A program made the position numbers and the translations under genes. A stretch of DNA of 63,796 bases, counting the filler, from Licmophora abbreviata (Eukaryota), in the NCBI GenBank assembly GCA_900291995.1. It is 14 parts of 14 records of this genome, joined end to end, with 100 filler letters (N's around TTAATTAATTAA, not from the genome) between each part and the next. Parts side by side here need not be neighbours in the genome. Positions count along the whole stretch, not along the records: positions 1 to 3,006 come from OLMU01005718.1; positions 3,107 to 9,498 come from OLMU01005719.1; positions 9,599 to 11,740 come from OLMU01005720.1; 11 more parts are not named here. One strand, written 5' to 3'. The first letter of the stretch is position 1; the number at the start of each line of letters is the position of its first letter. Below, in pieces: positions 1-11,840 of this stretch. The notes under the pieces were generated by a model that was not told where the DNA came from, made no database searches, and saw only the letters and a program-made list of their open reading frames with translations.

Positions 1-883
1 GCTTGGAAGTACGCCCTTGCATATTGCCTGCTGGAGCGGGTCCTTTGAGGTGGTTCCCTTGTTGGTTGAGGCGAATCGACACGCTGCCCGTATGTCGGAT
101 AATCACGGCCGTCGGCCGCTCCATGTGGCGTGTTATTCGTGTCGGCCTCCTTCAGAGGAGGTACTAAATGTACTGATTCAAGCTGATCCGGATGCCTTGT
201 TTGCAAGAGACAATCAGGGAGATACGCCATTGTCGCTTCTTTGTCAGCGCCACGAATCTCGAATGAAGCAAGCCATGGAGCGGGTCGAACAGGGATTGAC
301 GTGTGAACAGACGATATACGAAACCATTCTGGGTCCGTTCTGGGCACAGGTGTGCTTGCTCATAGAAGCCAGTGGTGGGCACAGACTTTTTGCGTGCCAA
401 AAAGACTGGAGACTGGTTCATGCTCTCACGTCGACGCCAGACTGTCCCCATTTACTCTTTGAACTCGGACTCAAGATGTATCCGGATCAGGTCAAGGAGA
501 AGGTAGATGGGAGTCTACCGCTTCACTTAGCAGCCCAATGCCCCACATCCTTCGATAATGACGATCAACTCAAGGACGGCTACTATATTGGCACGCTCTT
601 GTCACTCTTCCCCAACGCTGCCAGCACGACGGATGGGGTCGGGCGACTGCCCCTTCACATTGCCGCTGAAAGTGGCAAGAGCTGGGAAGCAGTTGTGAAA
701 AAGTTGTTATTGTCTTTTCCCAATGCCATTTATCGACGGGATGGCAAGTTTGGCTTTTGTCCCGCCATGCTTGCGGCTCTTCCGAAGGGGGGTGGGGCTG
801 GAATCATGGATGAGACCAATGCACTATTTGAATTGTTGCTTGCGGATCCTTCGGTTGCAAGGATGTGCAGTAGTTCTCAATGA
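1..883 (+). CDS. Ankyrin-repeat-like protein (diatom-expanded type), 5' end outside the window
   Basis: Repeated ankyrin-type motifs: GRRPLHVAC, DNQGDTPLSLL, GSLPLHLAA, DGVGRLPLHIAAESG. The ORF is open to the window edge. Confidence 0.85.
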   Translation, partial: LGSTPLHIACWSGSFEVVPLLVEANRHAARMSDNHGRRPLHVACYSCRPPSEEVLNVLIQADPDALFARDNQGDTPLSLLCQRHESRMKQAMERVEQGLTCEQTIYETILGPFWAQVCLLIEASGGHRLFACQKDWRLVHALTSTPDCPHLLFELGLKMYPDQVKEKVDGSLPLHLAAQCPTSFDNDDQLKDGYYIGTLLSLFPNAASTTDGVGRLPLHIAAESGKSWEAVVKKLLLSFPNAIYRRDGKFGFCPAMLAALPKGGGAGIMDETNALFELLLADPSVARMCSSSQ

Positions 884-1725
884 CCGACAAGCGGTCGTGG
901 TGGAAGATATTTTGCTACTTGTAGTGGCAAGAACTAAGGCACACAAGCAGACCTACGACTTGAGTGTACCTGTACCATCAATAGCATGAACTCGATCTAG
1001 TCGAGCTCTCTGATTACCGAGGAATTGAATTGGGGATCCATGCTCCGATTGCAATAGTCCCGTTGTTTGACGAATACGCAGAGCAACAACAGCTTACGAC
1101 CTACGTTGTACCTGTAGACGAGGCTACGATCAAGAAACTGCGTGCATAGATCTACTTGCTTTCTTTCCTCTGTGCAGTGTTGCCCTTGCTTTCCACGCAC
1201 TTTCAAACTTGCTCTTCGCGCTAAAAATTGTGTTACCAAGCTAGCCAGTCTTCCCGATCCATCAATTTTGTATAGCCCTTTCTCAATGCAAATCTACTCT
1301 TAAATGTGTGAGTGCCTGGCATGTTGAGTATTCAAAGCAATATACACAAAGTACATGCATATTTTAATTAAAGTCAAAACGATACAATCGATTAAATTAG
1401 CTATACGAATCGTCAAATTGATATGTCGAAATGTCCTATCCACCAAGAGTTACCCATCAATATGTACCATCAGCTTGCAAATATAAATATGAAGCGAGCG
1501 GCGCCGGCCCAAAGATTTTGAAGATCCGTTTGTCTTCTCGGCAAAACCATCAACCGAAGCCATCGCCGGTGGTGGCGTCCATGGTGTCGAGCAGGCGCGT
1601 TGAGAGCATTCTTCCCTCCTGTATCACTCTTCAGTGGTCCCTCAGTCGCTGTTGAAGCACAGGGACAAAGATTTGAGAGACGGTTGCATGAAAACGCGGA
1701 AAAGCACGAAAAGTTTGTCTTCGCC

Positions 1726-4700
1726 ATGAACAACGACGCACGCGGCGGGAATACGGAGGGTACCATGGAGGACTTCGAGTGGAACGAGTCCAAGAGCGTT
1801 GCTACGGCTTGGTCGACGACTCAAGGCCGATCCAATAAGAGCAGGAGAGCGTATGGACGCCGAGACGCCAGGAAGGGTGTTGCGTACGGCTCCAAGCGCG
1901 GAAACAAGAAGAGAGCGCTCCAGGAGCGACTCAATGCTGCTCAGCAAAGCGGCGGCTTTCTTTCGGACCAAGGAGGTCTCTCCGACAGCATGAGCAGTAT
2001 TGAACGAGCGTCCTCGTCTTCTACTACCTTTGATCTCGCTCGTGGTCATCCCTCTCGTGTGGCAGCGGCAGCACCGCCGCTTCCTCGGCCGGAACGCATC
2101 GTTGGTGGAAGTCATCACAAGCGGTCCAAGTCGATCGGGTCGTCCCTTCCCATGTCGCTTTCGACTCCCTCCATGCAGCGATCTAACTCCGTCGCTGCCA
2201 GCTCACCGTCGCTTCCTGCTTCATCGACCTCCAGCTCGTCGCTCACCGACTGGAACGAGAACTTTGATCCAAACCAACAAGATGAGAATCTCATGCTTGC
2301 TTCTCTCATGTCACCGCAGCCACCGGTCAAGCTCAAAAAGATGCAGACGACGCCGGTCCATGTCGACATGGACGACATCGATGGAACGGAACGACGTCGG
2401 AAGCTTCGATCGAAGAGCCTTCAGGATTCTCCGTCCTTTTCATCTCCTGCAAAGAGCACCTTCTCGCTCTTGGCAAAGGAGAATGCCGAAACCGCAGTCG
2501 CGTGGGTCAAACCTCCCAGTCTGTCGCCCTCGAGGTCCTTGGCGAACAGCTTTGGCTTGGATATGCGTGATATTGACCAAGGCCGTCGACTGTCGTCCAC
2601 CCCCAGTGTCTCCACGAGCAGCGGCAAGCGAGGCGTCTGCGGATCGCCTCTGGGCGACGAACGCGAAGATGTCAGTTCTACCTTTTCCTACAACCAGTCG
2701 TCCACGTCGTCGTTTCAATCCAAGTCGCGATCCCGAATTTTCTCTGATTCCATGTTCAAGACGGTTGGTGCCCCGACTCTTGTCAAGCACGATCGTGCCA
2801 TGCAACAAAACCCCGATGACGACGATGATAGCGACAAGGATTCTGGTGCCGACGACGAAGCCTCCGACAATGGCTCCTACGATAGCAGCGGCGACGGCAT
2901 GGAAATGGACACTAATCTTGGACCTCCCATCGGTGTGCGTCGCCGGTCCTCCGCCAACTTTGACGAATCTGTCTTTGGGCGAAAGGAGCGAAAGTCTTTC
3001 TCGACTNNNNNNNNNNNNNNNNNNNNNNNNNNNNNNNNNNNNNNNNNNNNTTAATTAATTAANNNNNNNNNNNNNNNNNNNNNNNNNNNNNNNNNNNNNN
3101 NNNNNNGAATCTGTCTTTGGGCGAAAGGAGCGAAAGTCTTTCTCGGCTGACGACGTCTCTGAAACCATGTCGTCGTACGACGATTTGAAGTTCCTGATCA
3201 AGGCGCTTCGCAAGGAAAAGAAGGGAACTAATTTATCCTCGTTTGGAGTTAGCAAGGTCTGGACTGTGGCAATTCCGCCCATGTGGGCGTCCGATCGACG
3301 CAGGACATTTCTACAATGGTCCACCAGTCTGCTTGGCTTTCAGCTTCGCCCGGGTGGAGGGTCGCTCACATTTCTCCAGATTGCCGTGTCCAAAGGCAAC
3401 TCCGTGCTTGGTCAACTGGAGACCGCCCTCCTAGCTCATAAGAAAAGCGAACAAGAACGACCGAAGGGCATTCCCTGGACTGTGACCACCACGCAAGCGG
3501 CTCCACCAATGCTCCTTCCCGTGTCCACGTCCAAGCCACGACAGACCCTCACCGCGACTCAAGGCGCTCGACCTCGTGACGATAGCAGCAAAATGGAGAT
3601 GGACCTGCTCCTCGGAATAGAGTCGCTCGCCATTGCTGAGAGTGAGCCAATGGAGGAAGAAGAAAAACCACCAGACTCGTCCGTAAATCCTTTGGTACGT
3701 CTTGTCACTATGGAACCAACCGCTGAAGGACTGGGAGTACCCCCAGCCCCTATCAGTAGCGTTGATCCTTCGCCGTGTCGACCTAGCTTTGGAAGTTATC
3801 AGGGCGCTCGACCGCGCCTATCGGACGTGGGCGGGCAAGATATGATGATGCACATTCACGGATTCAGTCCCAATGTGGGACGTCCTCCAAGACTCTCCAC
3901 TTCAAGCGTCCACACGGTCGCTAGCAATCGTCCGAGTGGCCTGTTGCCTCGTGGTCATATGTCTCCGTTTGCGCCACCTCATAGCGCGTCAAGCCGTGGC
4001 GGGCAGACGAGCATTACATTCACCGAAACGTAAGTTCTCGTGGCGTGACGGCTTTCGAGGTTCTATTCTATGGAAACTCACCTCGTGCGTTCTATCTTCT
4101 TCAAACAGACCGCTGATGAAACGATCTGGCGACGTTGGCTTGCGGGCGTCGGGCTGTCGAGACTGGGGAGCGTCAGAGCAGTGCCCGCAGCCAATCATTC
4201 ATGAGTTGATAGGTCGCGTCGAACTTGCATTCAGAGCTTCGGGTACGTCGTTAATGATGGTAGACTAGCGCTGTTCACACTGCTTGAGCGACATGTTCCT
4301 AACACGAAGTGCCCTTCTCGCTTGATGCCAGGATTCGCGTGTGAGTCGCCTTTTGCAGCACTCGACGATCAGGCTGCTTCGGGTTCAATGCCTACGGACT
4401 TTTCAAGCACCGCTGTCAACTCATCTGATCTTGGCTTCGATTTTGAAGTCGACAAAACCGACGAACATTGCATTGTCGAGGGGGACGACGAGGACGAGGA
4501 AGAAAACGCAGACGAATCACTATCGATTCCGAGTGCACTGCTTCCTCTCGTTCGACGTGGCAGCGTCGGCGCCACGGCTCTTGCCGGACTCAGTTTGAAT
4601 GAGGAAGCGCAAGTGGGTGAAGGAAAGCTGAGACGTCGTCGCATGCTCTCTTTCGCCAAGCACAGACGGGTTTCGCTGTGTACAACGGCACTACCCGCTG

Positions 4701-6792
4701 TTCGTCCTGTCCCTGTGTCCCGTAAGACTATCTTCGCAAGACCGTCGGTGGATCAGGGGCTATTTGCTCCTCGCGAGTCGATTTCTTTCTTGGACAGGCA
4801 CCAGTTTGCCCCCGCTTTGTCTCCCGTTGCTGTAGAGCCCACGATCATGGAGGTTGACGAACAAGGACACGCGCTCCTGGAGCCATCGGCTCTGTCGACT
4901 GTTTTCTCGTTCTTGCGAGAACACGACCTCCTTTGCTGTGCCTCGGCCGTCTGTTCGGACTGGGCCGACGCTGCCACTGACGCTCACGCGTCCTTGATGC
5001 TCGTCAGCGTAGGATGCTCATCATCTACATCCGCAGATCAGATCAGCGACGACGAGAGTGACGATGGGTATTCTATCGGTGATACAGCATTGACGGCGTC
5101 GGTGGCGCGGTCGATGGAACGCCCGTGGAAGTTTATATTGTCTCGGTTCCCGTGGGCATGTTTCTTATCAGAAGGCGCTTTCAAGCGTGTGTATAAAGTC
5201 TGGAATTCTCTCACGGATGCCACGGAGGCAGTCTCTGTCATGTAAGTCGCGAGGGGAAGCTTCGTATCGTTAACCAAGGGACGTGTTCTCACCGTGTCGT
5301 GATTTTGACTTCCAATGCTTTTTGCAGGGACGTGGACCTCATCGAATCCACAGGTAACAAGGCAGTTGTTGGCGCCGAGCTTGCTGTCTCCGCCATGCTT
5401 TCTTCTCTTGTTCGTCGCAATGTATGCCCAAATTTTGTCGTTACCCGTGGCGTCTTTACTTGCCCTTATGAACCACCAGCGACAATCTGGGGAACTGAAG
5501 AGAACAAGCGACCCAAAGGAAGCACATACAAGGGACAGTCTGTGGGAAGGAAGCCGAGAGAACCGTCAGCTGCAAAACGCGGCCGGTATCAGTACATGCG
5601 AATGGAGCTTTGTTCTGAAGGCGACACCGAGGAGTTCCTGAAGGGTCAGCCTAACGGCGCGCTTCTGCCTGAAGAGTCGCGGGTCCTTCTGTTCCAGATA
5701 GCCTTTTCTCTACACGTGGCGGCCGATCGCTTTGGTATGAAGCATTACGACGTCAAGCTTCTGAATATATTTCTGCAAGACGTTAAGAATACAACTCCCA
5801 TGGAATCGACTGGATCAAACACTGTCCTCCGCTACGCCCTCGGACGTCACGTGTTTGCCTTGCGAATGCCAGAAGAGCGGTCTGTGCTTGCGAAGCTCGC
5901 CGATTACGGAACAGCCAACGTCCAAGCCGAGTCAAATGGCCAGCCTGTCACCATCGGCCAATTCACAACACTCGAGAACACACCGCCCGAATTCTTAGTC
6001 CTGGGCGATGCCGCAACCCAAGGGCACGGTCACGACAACTTTGGACTCGGCCTCTGCATGCTTCATCTGTTTACTGGTCATGCACCTTACGAAGAGATCT
6101 TGGACGACGTTATTTGTCCACCGAATCTCAAAAAGAATCTTCGACTCGTTTGGGAGGGGGAACACTCGACGGGCTACGATGTTCTACGCAGCGTGATTCT
6201 GGCGGACGTTTACGAGGACGAAGACGGGAATGTCGAGGGAGAACCAGACGAGGTGCTTTACAACACACTGTACCGCTACCTCGTTCTCTTTGGTGTCCCT
6301 GAGGTGAAGTACAAGAAGAAGGAGTGTGGCCGGGTCTGGCGAGCCATCACGACTTCGCTCGGAGGCGGTGGACCGAAACGCAAGAAAGTGTACGGTCGAA
6401 TGGCTCGAGCCGACGGTCCCGACTCTACTCATTTCCAGAACGATCGAAAGAAGTACGCTCTTGCTCACGGCAGTAACAAGTACATCACACGAGCTCGAAG
6501 AAGTCTGCAGGTAAGTCAAAGTTCGCTCTGATCGTGATGTCTTCTTACGGTTGAATGTTGTTGACTCAGCTAGTGCCTTTTTTAAAATTCTGACTGTATC
6601 CTTCTTCAGAGAATGGAGGGAGGCATGGAGCTTTTCCTATCGCTAGTAGACTTCAACCCACAGACTCGAGGTACTGCACTGGATGTATTGAACTCGACCA
6701 TGATGCTGCCGCTACGGGAAGCACGAGGAGTAGCGTCACACGAACCAGGGGACCTCGTTCTATCATTCTTGGCTTATGCAGCCACTAACTAG
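1726..6792 (+). CDS. Large multi-exon protein: Ser-rich disordered N-terminus, F-box-like motif, C-terminal atypical Ser/Thr kinase domain
   Basis: ORFs join in frame through GT-AG introns 4030-4108, 4243-4331, 5242-5327 and 6511-6609, with stop TAG at 6790-6792; the gene spans gap 3007-3106. Kinase motifs: LSEGAFKRVYKV, HYDVKLLN, LADYG, TPPE, DNFGLG. F-box-like: LEPSALSTVFSFLREHDLLCCASAVCSDW. Start codon uncertain. Confidence 0.8.
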
Positions 6793-6966
6793 ACTAACTC
6801 TAGTTGCATCATAGTGCTAAACGATGATACTTTGGCCGTCCATGACTCGTTAGACTTCCTAGAGGGTGCGCATTCGACATCGGGCAGAATCGTTTGGGGT
6901 ACGATGGAAGTCGTGCTGATAGGTGTAGCGATCGAACCAAACCCAATAATAAAAAAATTGACGTGC

Positions 6967-8427
6967 TTACTTGGCGAGACATCCTGGACAGTTGTGAAGA
7001 GTCTCGTGCAAGAATGCGTCACAGTCGGAGCAGAACACATTGTGACATTCGGGACACTGGAACCGCAGTATTTCCTCTCCTCCATCCTGTGTCTTGTTCT
7101 CTGATGCAGTCACTGTGCTTGCGCCCCGAACGCCAATGACTTTGAGGCACCCGTAGCAGCATCGATCGAATTGCGTCGACGATACGACAATGCTGGCGTC
7201 AATCTGAACGGAAGGGTAACCATTCATGGAGGACGACGTGACCTGAGGATTTGAGTTTCGATTGGCGTTTGCATTCTCTCCGTCCTCGGCGTCCCCTTTC
7301 ATGAGAGACACTTCCATGGCAACTTCTCCAAACGGCGGCACGGGAAACAAGTGATGAAACGATCGTGCCAGGTGTGGCGATAGGACCAGCTTTAAGCCAC
7401 ACACGGCGCAAGAACTCGGCAATTCCGCATTCCTTGCCTGGCATTGCGGACACGAATAGGATTCTCTGGAAAGTATCTTCTGGTTTTGCGTCGCATGGAC
7501 TAAGGTGGGAACGTCCATGACCGTCTTCGTGGGAAAGCCCATTCGCACCATGTCACATCCGCTCTCGGTGGTGGCATGGTGTGGTGGAGGGACACACTGA
7601 CCTTGAAGCAGCCACTCGCGGAAGTGCGTCTTGTCCAAGCACACAGCCATGGTGCCATGCGTTTCTTCAGCAAGGCGTCGACAGACGTGCATTTCAGCCG
7701 CGAGCGCAAAACAGGATACCCGAATATTGGCCCCTTTTAGTTTCGTGAGCGTCTCGCTCAAGATATTTCCGGGATCACACGTGTGCAAACTTCCACAGAG
7801 TACAACGATTTCTCTACTCCCATACTTGGGCTGGTGTCCAAGAGACCTCCCCGCCACCTCGAGTCCATTCTGCAGCGAAAACTCTCCGCCCTTCCCCTGC
7901 AGCTGCTGCACACTTTGCAGCGCCAATCGATGCTGCTTGCTGCTACTACTTAGCTGCGACAAAACCTCTGCTTCTCCGTTACGCACCAATACGAAGCCCA
8001 GGTGACTCAACGGATTCTGATCGTAATATTCACCCACAAAGTCCTGAAGTAGGGCCGTGACCACTTCGAGCCGCGTCCCACCCGGCAACGCCGGATCCTT
8101 CACTCCTCGCATCGCACTACTCGCATCCAGTATCACATAGACATATCGAATCATGTCCCGTACGACACGCCGGTTCTTCTGCGAATAATCGTTCTGGTGG
8201 AGTCGCTGTCGTCGCAAACGAATCGTGTCGGCAGGAGTGCGCTGGGTACCGGCCAGAATGAGGTTTCCGTCGGCGTCTTCTTGAACGGCATTTTCCCAAC
8301 TCCGATCGCCTGTTGTGTCTTCCCAGGCATGGGCAGCGGAGGACGGGGGAGCACCGGAACTCGATGGATCTGCGGAGGAAGCAGCAGCAGGCTGAGAAGA
8401 CGACGAGGAAGCAGCAGCGGTCGTCAT
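6967..8427 (-). CDS. GTF2H2: General transcription factor IIH subunit 2 (p44/Ssl1)
   Basis: Ssl1 vWA-like domain (MIRYVYVILDAS, EYYDQNPLSHLG, SLQNGLE), C4 zinc finger (YSCPQC...CAVCGLKLVLSPHLARSFHHLFP) and C-terminal C1/RING-like finger (CPECHNVFCSDCDAFLHETLHNCPGC). Confidence 0.97.
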   Translation of the reverse strand: MTTAAASSSSSQPAAASSADPSSSGAPPSSAAHAWEDTTGDRSWENAVQEDADGNLILAGTQRTPADTIRLRRQRLHQNDYSQKNRRVVRDMIRYVYVILDASSAMRGVKDPALPGGTRLEVVTALLQDFVGEYYDQNPLSHLGFVLVRNGEAEVLSQLSSSSKQHRLALQSVQQLQGKGGEFSLQNGLEVAGRSLGHQPKYGSREIVVLCGSLHTCDPGNILSETLTKLKGANIRVSCFALAAEMHVCRRLAEETHGTMAVCLDKTHFREWLLQGQCVPPPHHATTESGCDMVRMGFPTKTVMDVPTLVHATQNQKILSRESYSCPQCQARNAELPSSCAVCGLKLVLSPHLARSFHHLFPVPPFGEVAMEVSLMKGDAEDGENANANRNSNPQVTSSSMNGYPSVQIDASIVVSSTQFDRCCYGCLKVIGVRGASTVTASENKTQDGGEEILRFQCPECHNVFCSDCDAFLHETLHNCPGCLAK

Positions 8428-8592
8428 GGTCGACGTGACAGGGGTGTGAAGTTTTCTGTGTTGTCCGTCGCGACTGTGTCAGCGGAAGACGGCAAGACGC
8501 CGAGCGCTCGAAATCTGGAGGAATCAGGATCTTCGAAAATTCAACAAAATCAAAACCAAATTGAACACAAAACACAATCTGAGAGACAGACA

Positions 8593-9770
8593 ATGATGCC
8601 GACGGAGCGGAACGACGCCATGTTGGATGGGCAAGATGCTTCTGTTGCTTCCAATGAAGAAGAGACAGGCCGAAGGCGACGTGTATCTGATGTGCAAGGT
8701 CACCAGTCTGCAACCGAAAACGATGACAGTGACGGACGACTTTTTCCGGAGGATCTTCCTCGTCCCTCAAGATCCGCTGTCGCTCATAGTGCTACCGGTA
8801 GTGCTGATGATGATGCCAATGGCGGAAGCCAAATCATGGAAAAAAGTCCTACCTACGATGATGCTCATGAAACTCCAGTGGCTGATTTTTCGTCGAATCG
8901 AACCGACGCGGTGGACTGTATTGCAGTGAGTATCGACAGCGTCACTGCTAGCACGACACCGGACCGCCCCCGTGCGGACAACAGTATTCCCAAATCCACG
9001 GAGAGGGCTGCTGCGATGCTACCTCTGGAGCAAGAAAGAATAACACAAAATCAAGAAACGCCTCCTATTGACCCACAGGACACCGACGACGACGTCCAAC
9101 GCGACGCCGCGACGGAACGAGTCGCCTGTCTCGTTCACATCTTCTTCGCCTTTTTCGCCTTCTTGACGGGTGCAGTGGTACTCTTGTGTATTTCGATCGT
9201 GTCACACTACGGCATTGTTGTCTTTCTGGCACTTTCTGTCTTTATTCTCCTCATGGGAGGAGTCTTTTATTTGCTTGACGGCATTCTCAAGGACGATGCC
9301 AACTGGCGACCAGTTCGACGACGTATTCATCATTGGAAGGCAGTCGCCGCCAAAGTTGTGCTGGATGAAGTACGACACTTTCAGCTAGACTGGAATGCGC
9401 ACTTGTTGTTGACAGATGGAAGAGTGAACATGTATGAGGAACAAGGGAACAATGACTCTATCGATGAACAGCCGAAGAAGAAGGCCAGGGGGAAGAGTNN
9501 NNNNNNNNNNNNNNNNNNNNNNNNNNNNNNNNNNNNNNNNNNTTAATTAATTAANNNNNNNNNNNNNNNNNNNNNNNNNNNNNNNNNNNNNNNNNNNNCT
9601 CTATCGATGAACAGCCGAAGAAGAAGGCCAGGGGGAAGAGTGTCGTGTTCAAGGTGGTCAAACCGTTCTTGCGGCCCTTTCGGGGTCGACGAAAGCTCAG
9701 AAAGGAAAGGGAAGCGGCTGCAGCAGCGCGACAGCAACGAGGGGATAGCTACATCCCGCCCGTCATATAG
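8593..9770 (+). CDS. Hypothetical membrane protein (acidic disordered N-terminus, two transmembrane segments, basic tail)
   Basis: ATG at 8593 and two hydrophobic segments (VACLVHIFFAFFAFLTGAVVLLCISIV; GIVVFLALSVFILLMGGVFYLL). The flanks of gap 9499-9598 overlap and continue as ...GKSVVFKVVKPFLRPF...YIPPVI* with TAG at 9768-9770. Confidence 0.65.
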
Positions 9771-9898
9771 AGGATGTGAAATAGATATAGAAAGGGCATG
9801 CCTCGAGTATAGTAGAGCAAAAGACAACTTATACGGTAGACACTTCGGTAGTTCGACCCCAGTCACTGTTTGATTCTGGTAAGATATCGAGCACCAGT

Positions 9899-11667
9899 CT
9901 ACACGGTCGTACTAATGGCCTCAATGTCCTTCACGATCTCAGCGTTTTGAGCAATCTGCGCCATGAAGTAGTTTTCAAACCTCCGTTCCTTCTCCGCCTC
10001 GTCTACATGCACCATGTCGTTCGTCAGATAGTAGTGTATATCCATGGCCGAAACAAGTTTGTCCTCATCTCGCTCCACTTGACGCATCTTCAGTTTGTAC
10101 GACATTAGAATTGGCAAAAAGTCGGATTCTTTCATGTCATTGAAGTCAGCCAGTTTCTTTACGCCAATGGACGTGTACAACTTCATGTACGAGCGCAACT
10201 TGCGAAAGGCACGCTGCGATGACATTTCTTGGGCGAACCGTTCAACTTGCACCTTGTATGCATCTTCCTTGGCCGAAGGACTAATGAATTTGGGGCAGCT
10301 TGCTGTAAACATAGTTTCATAGCCTTCTTCGCCGGCATCAATCTTGCTCAGCTGTGCGCGATGCTTTTCGCGGAGGGTGCGAAGCACGCTGTCTTCAACG
10401 AGACCGGAAGACGGACAAATGTGCATTACAATCGCCAACAGGCAAATCATACGATCGTACAGCTTGTTGAACTGTTCCGAGTTTGGGAGCTTTCGAAGTT
10501 GACCGGTCTAACGTTTTGTAGTAGACACATTGCGAGAAGTCCAGGTGCGTGTGAGCAGATCAGTCCCAGTGCAGAGCAGCTCTTGATCAAACTTCCACAC
10601 ATCACCAGCCTTACCTTAAACCCTCGCTGCATATAAAGGCAAATCTCTCCCAGAGTTTTGGCTGCATCCTTGTACCGGCGCAACATGAGATACGCCACGC
10701 CCGAATGGTATGAACAGCTCAATCTCGCATGAAACATGCCATGAACCACGTCCTGGGGCGTCTGGGTGGGTTCGTTCGGATGCGCCACAGGCGAGAACTC
10801 AGAAATGGCATCAAGTGCTGATAGACACCCCCAATGGTCCCCCAACAGACATTCGAGTCGACTGAGCGTGACGGATGCAAAGAGTCCCAAGTGCTGATAT
10901 GCGGCAGTCGTCGCAGTCTTTCCGATCGCCACGAGTCGATGCAAGTAACTCAACACAGTCTCGATTGCCCAGGCTTCGTCTTGCTGTGACATGATGGTGA
11001 GATTCTCCAACACGTGATGCGGCGCGGAAGTACTCGCGCTCGGTGAGGCGGATGGATCCTGCAGATTGATGCCATGCTTCTTCGCGGTCGACTGCAATGC
11101 CGCTTTGAATTGACAGAATCCTTGAAACTGATACACAAACTCGTGTAGAATATCAAAGGTCCATTCGGGAAGAATGTAAAAGGGAGCTGGATCTTTGGTT
11201 GCGTTGTTTTCAGCGTCCATCAAAAGTTCGTCAAAGAGCTCTCGGTACACGTGCCAGCCTTCAATGCGATCGCTGAGTGTGGGACGGTTGATGGAGAGCA
11301 TATGACGTTGCGTCACTTCGCGATAGAGAGCGAGAAAGAGAGGGTCGCCATTGCATTCTGAAGCAATGGACTGAGGCGAGGGCCAGGGAGAAGTGGAAAA
11401 GTACTGAAAAAGAGAGGGAGAGAGAAGAATTTTGGCGGGAAATGCCGTTTGAAAGTGAGGCGGTTGTTGGAATACAGAAATTTAATTGGACTATGGAAAC
11501 AAGCCGCCACTTTGGACGACCCTCACCTTGCTGCTGAGCTCTCGAAAGGTCGTGTAATACAGTTTCTTCTGCTCATCCGGAATGTGCGATGTGATCACAG
11601 AGTCTGACAGATCGAACACAAAGTCAGTGACGATCGCAGGAAGACAAGCGTCCGAGTCGTTCGTCAT
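9899..11667 (-). CDS. EIF3L: Eukaryotic translation initiation factor 3 subunit L
   Basis: ATG at 11667 in a gccgccATG context; introns 11526-11404 and 10614-10508 restore the frame. Conserved eIF3L motifs: LPEWTFDILHEFVYQFQGFCQF, GVAYLMLRRYKDA, CPKFISP, LRSYMKLYTSI. Confidence 0.95.
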
Positions 11668-11840
11668 GGCGGCTTTTTGTTTTGGAATGTTTAATGTGCA
11701 CGGCCTCGTCGTTGCTTCTGTGGACGGACGACTGTTTTGTNNNNNNNNNNNNNNNNNNNNNNNNNNNNNNNNNNNNNNNNNNNNTTAATTAATTAANNNN
11801 NNNNNNNNNNNNNNNNNNNNNNNNNNNNNNNNNNNNNNNN

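Noticed and set aside
1240..1490. AT-rich island, considered as a centromere-like region or transposon end
   Set aside because: Short, with no terminal repeats or second copy seen; consistent with an ordinary promoter/intergenic region.
2000..3058. 352-aa alternative-frame ORF, and the many other short overlapping or antisense ORFs in the track
   Set aside because: Arg/Pro-rich shadows of real GC-rich coding regions with no motifs.
2965..3146. Direct repeats flanking gaps (also about 9456-9641, 41707-41858 and 60476-60613) resembling target-site duplications
   Set aside because: Best explained as unmerged overlapping contig ends; the reading frames continue when they are collapsed.
8197..8592. 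5' extension of the 449-aa ORF overlapping TFIIH p44 antisense
   Set aside because: Starts at GTG and translates as shadow sequence; the first ATG at 8593 gives an ordinary divergent gene pair.
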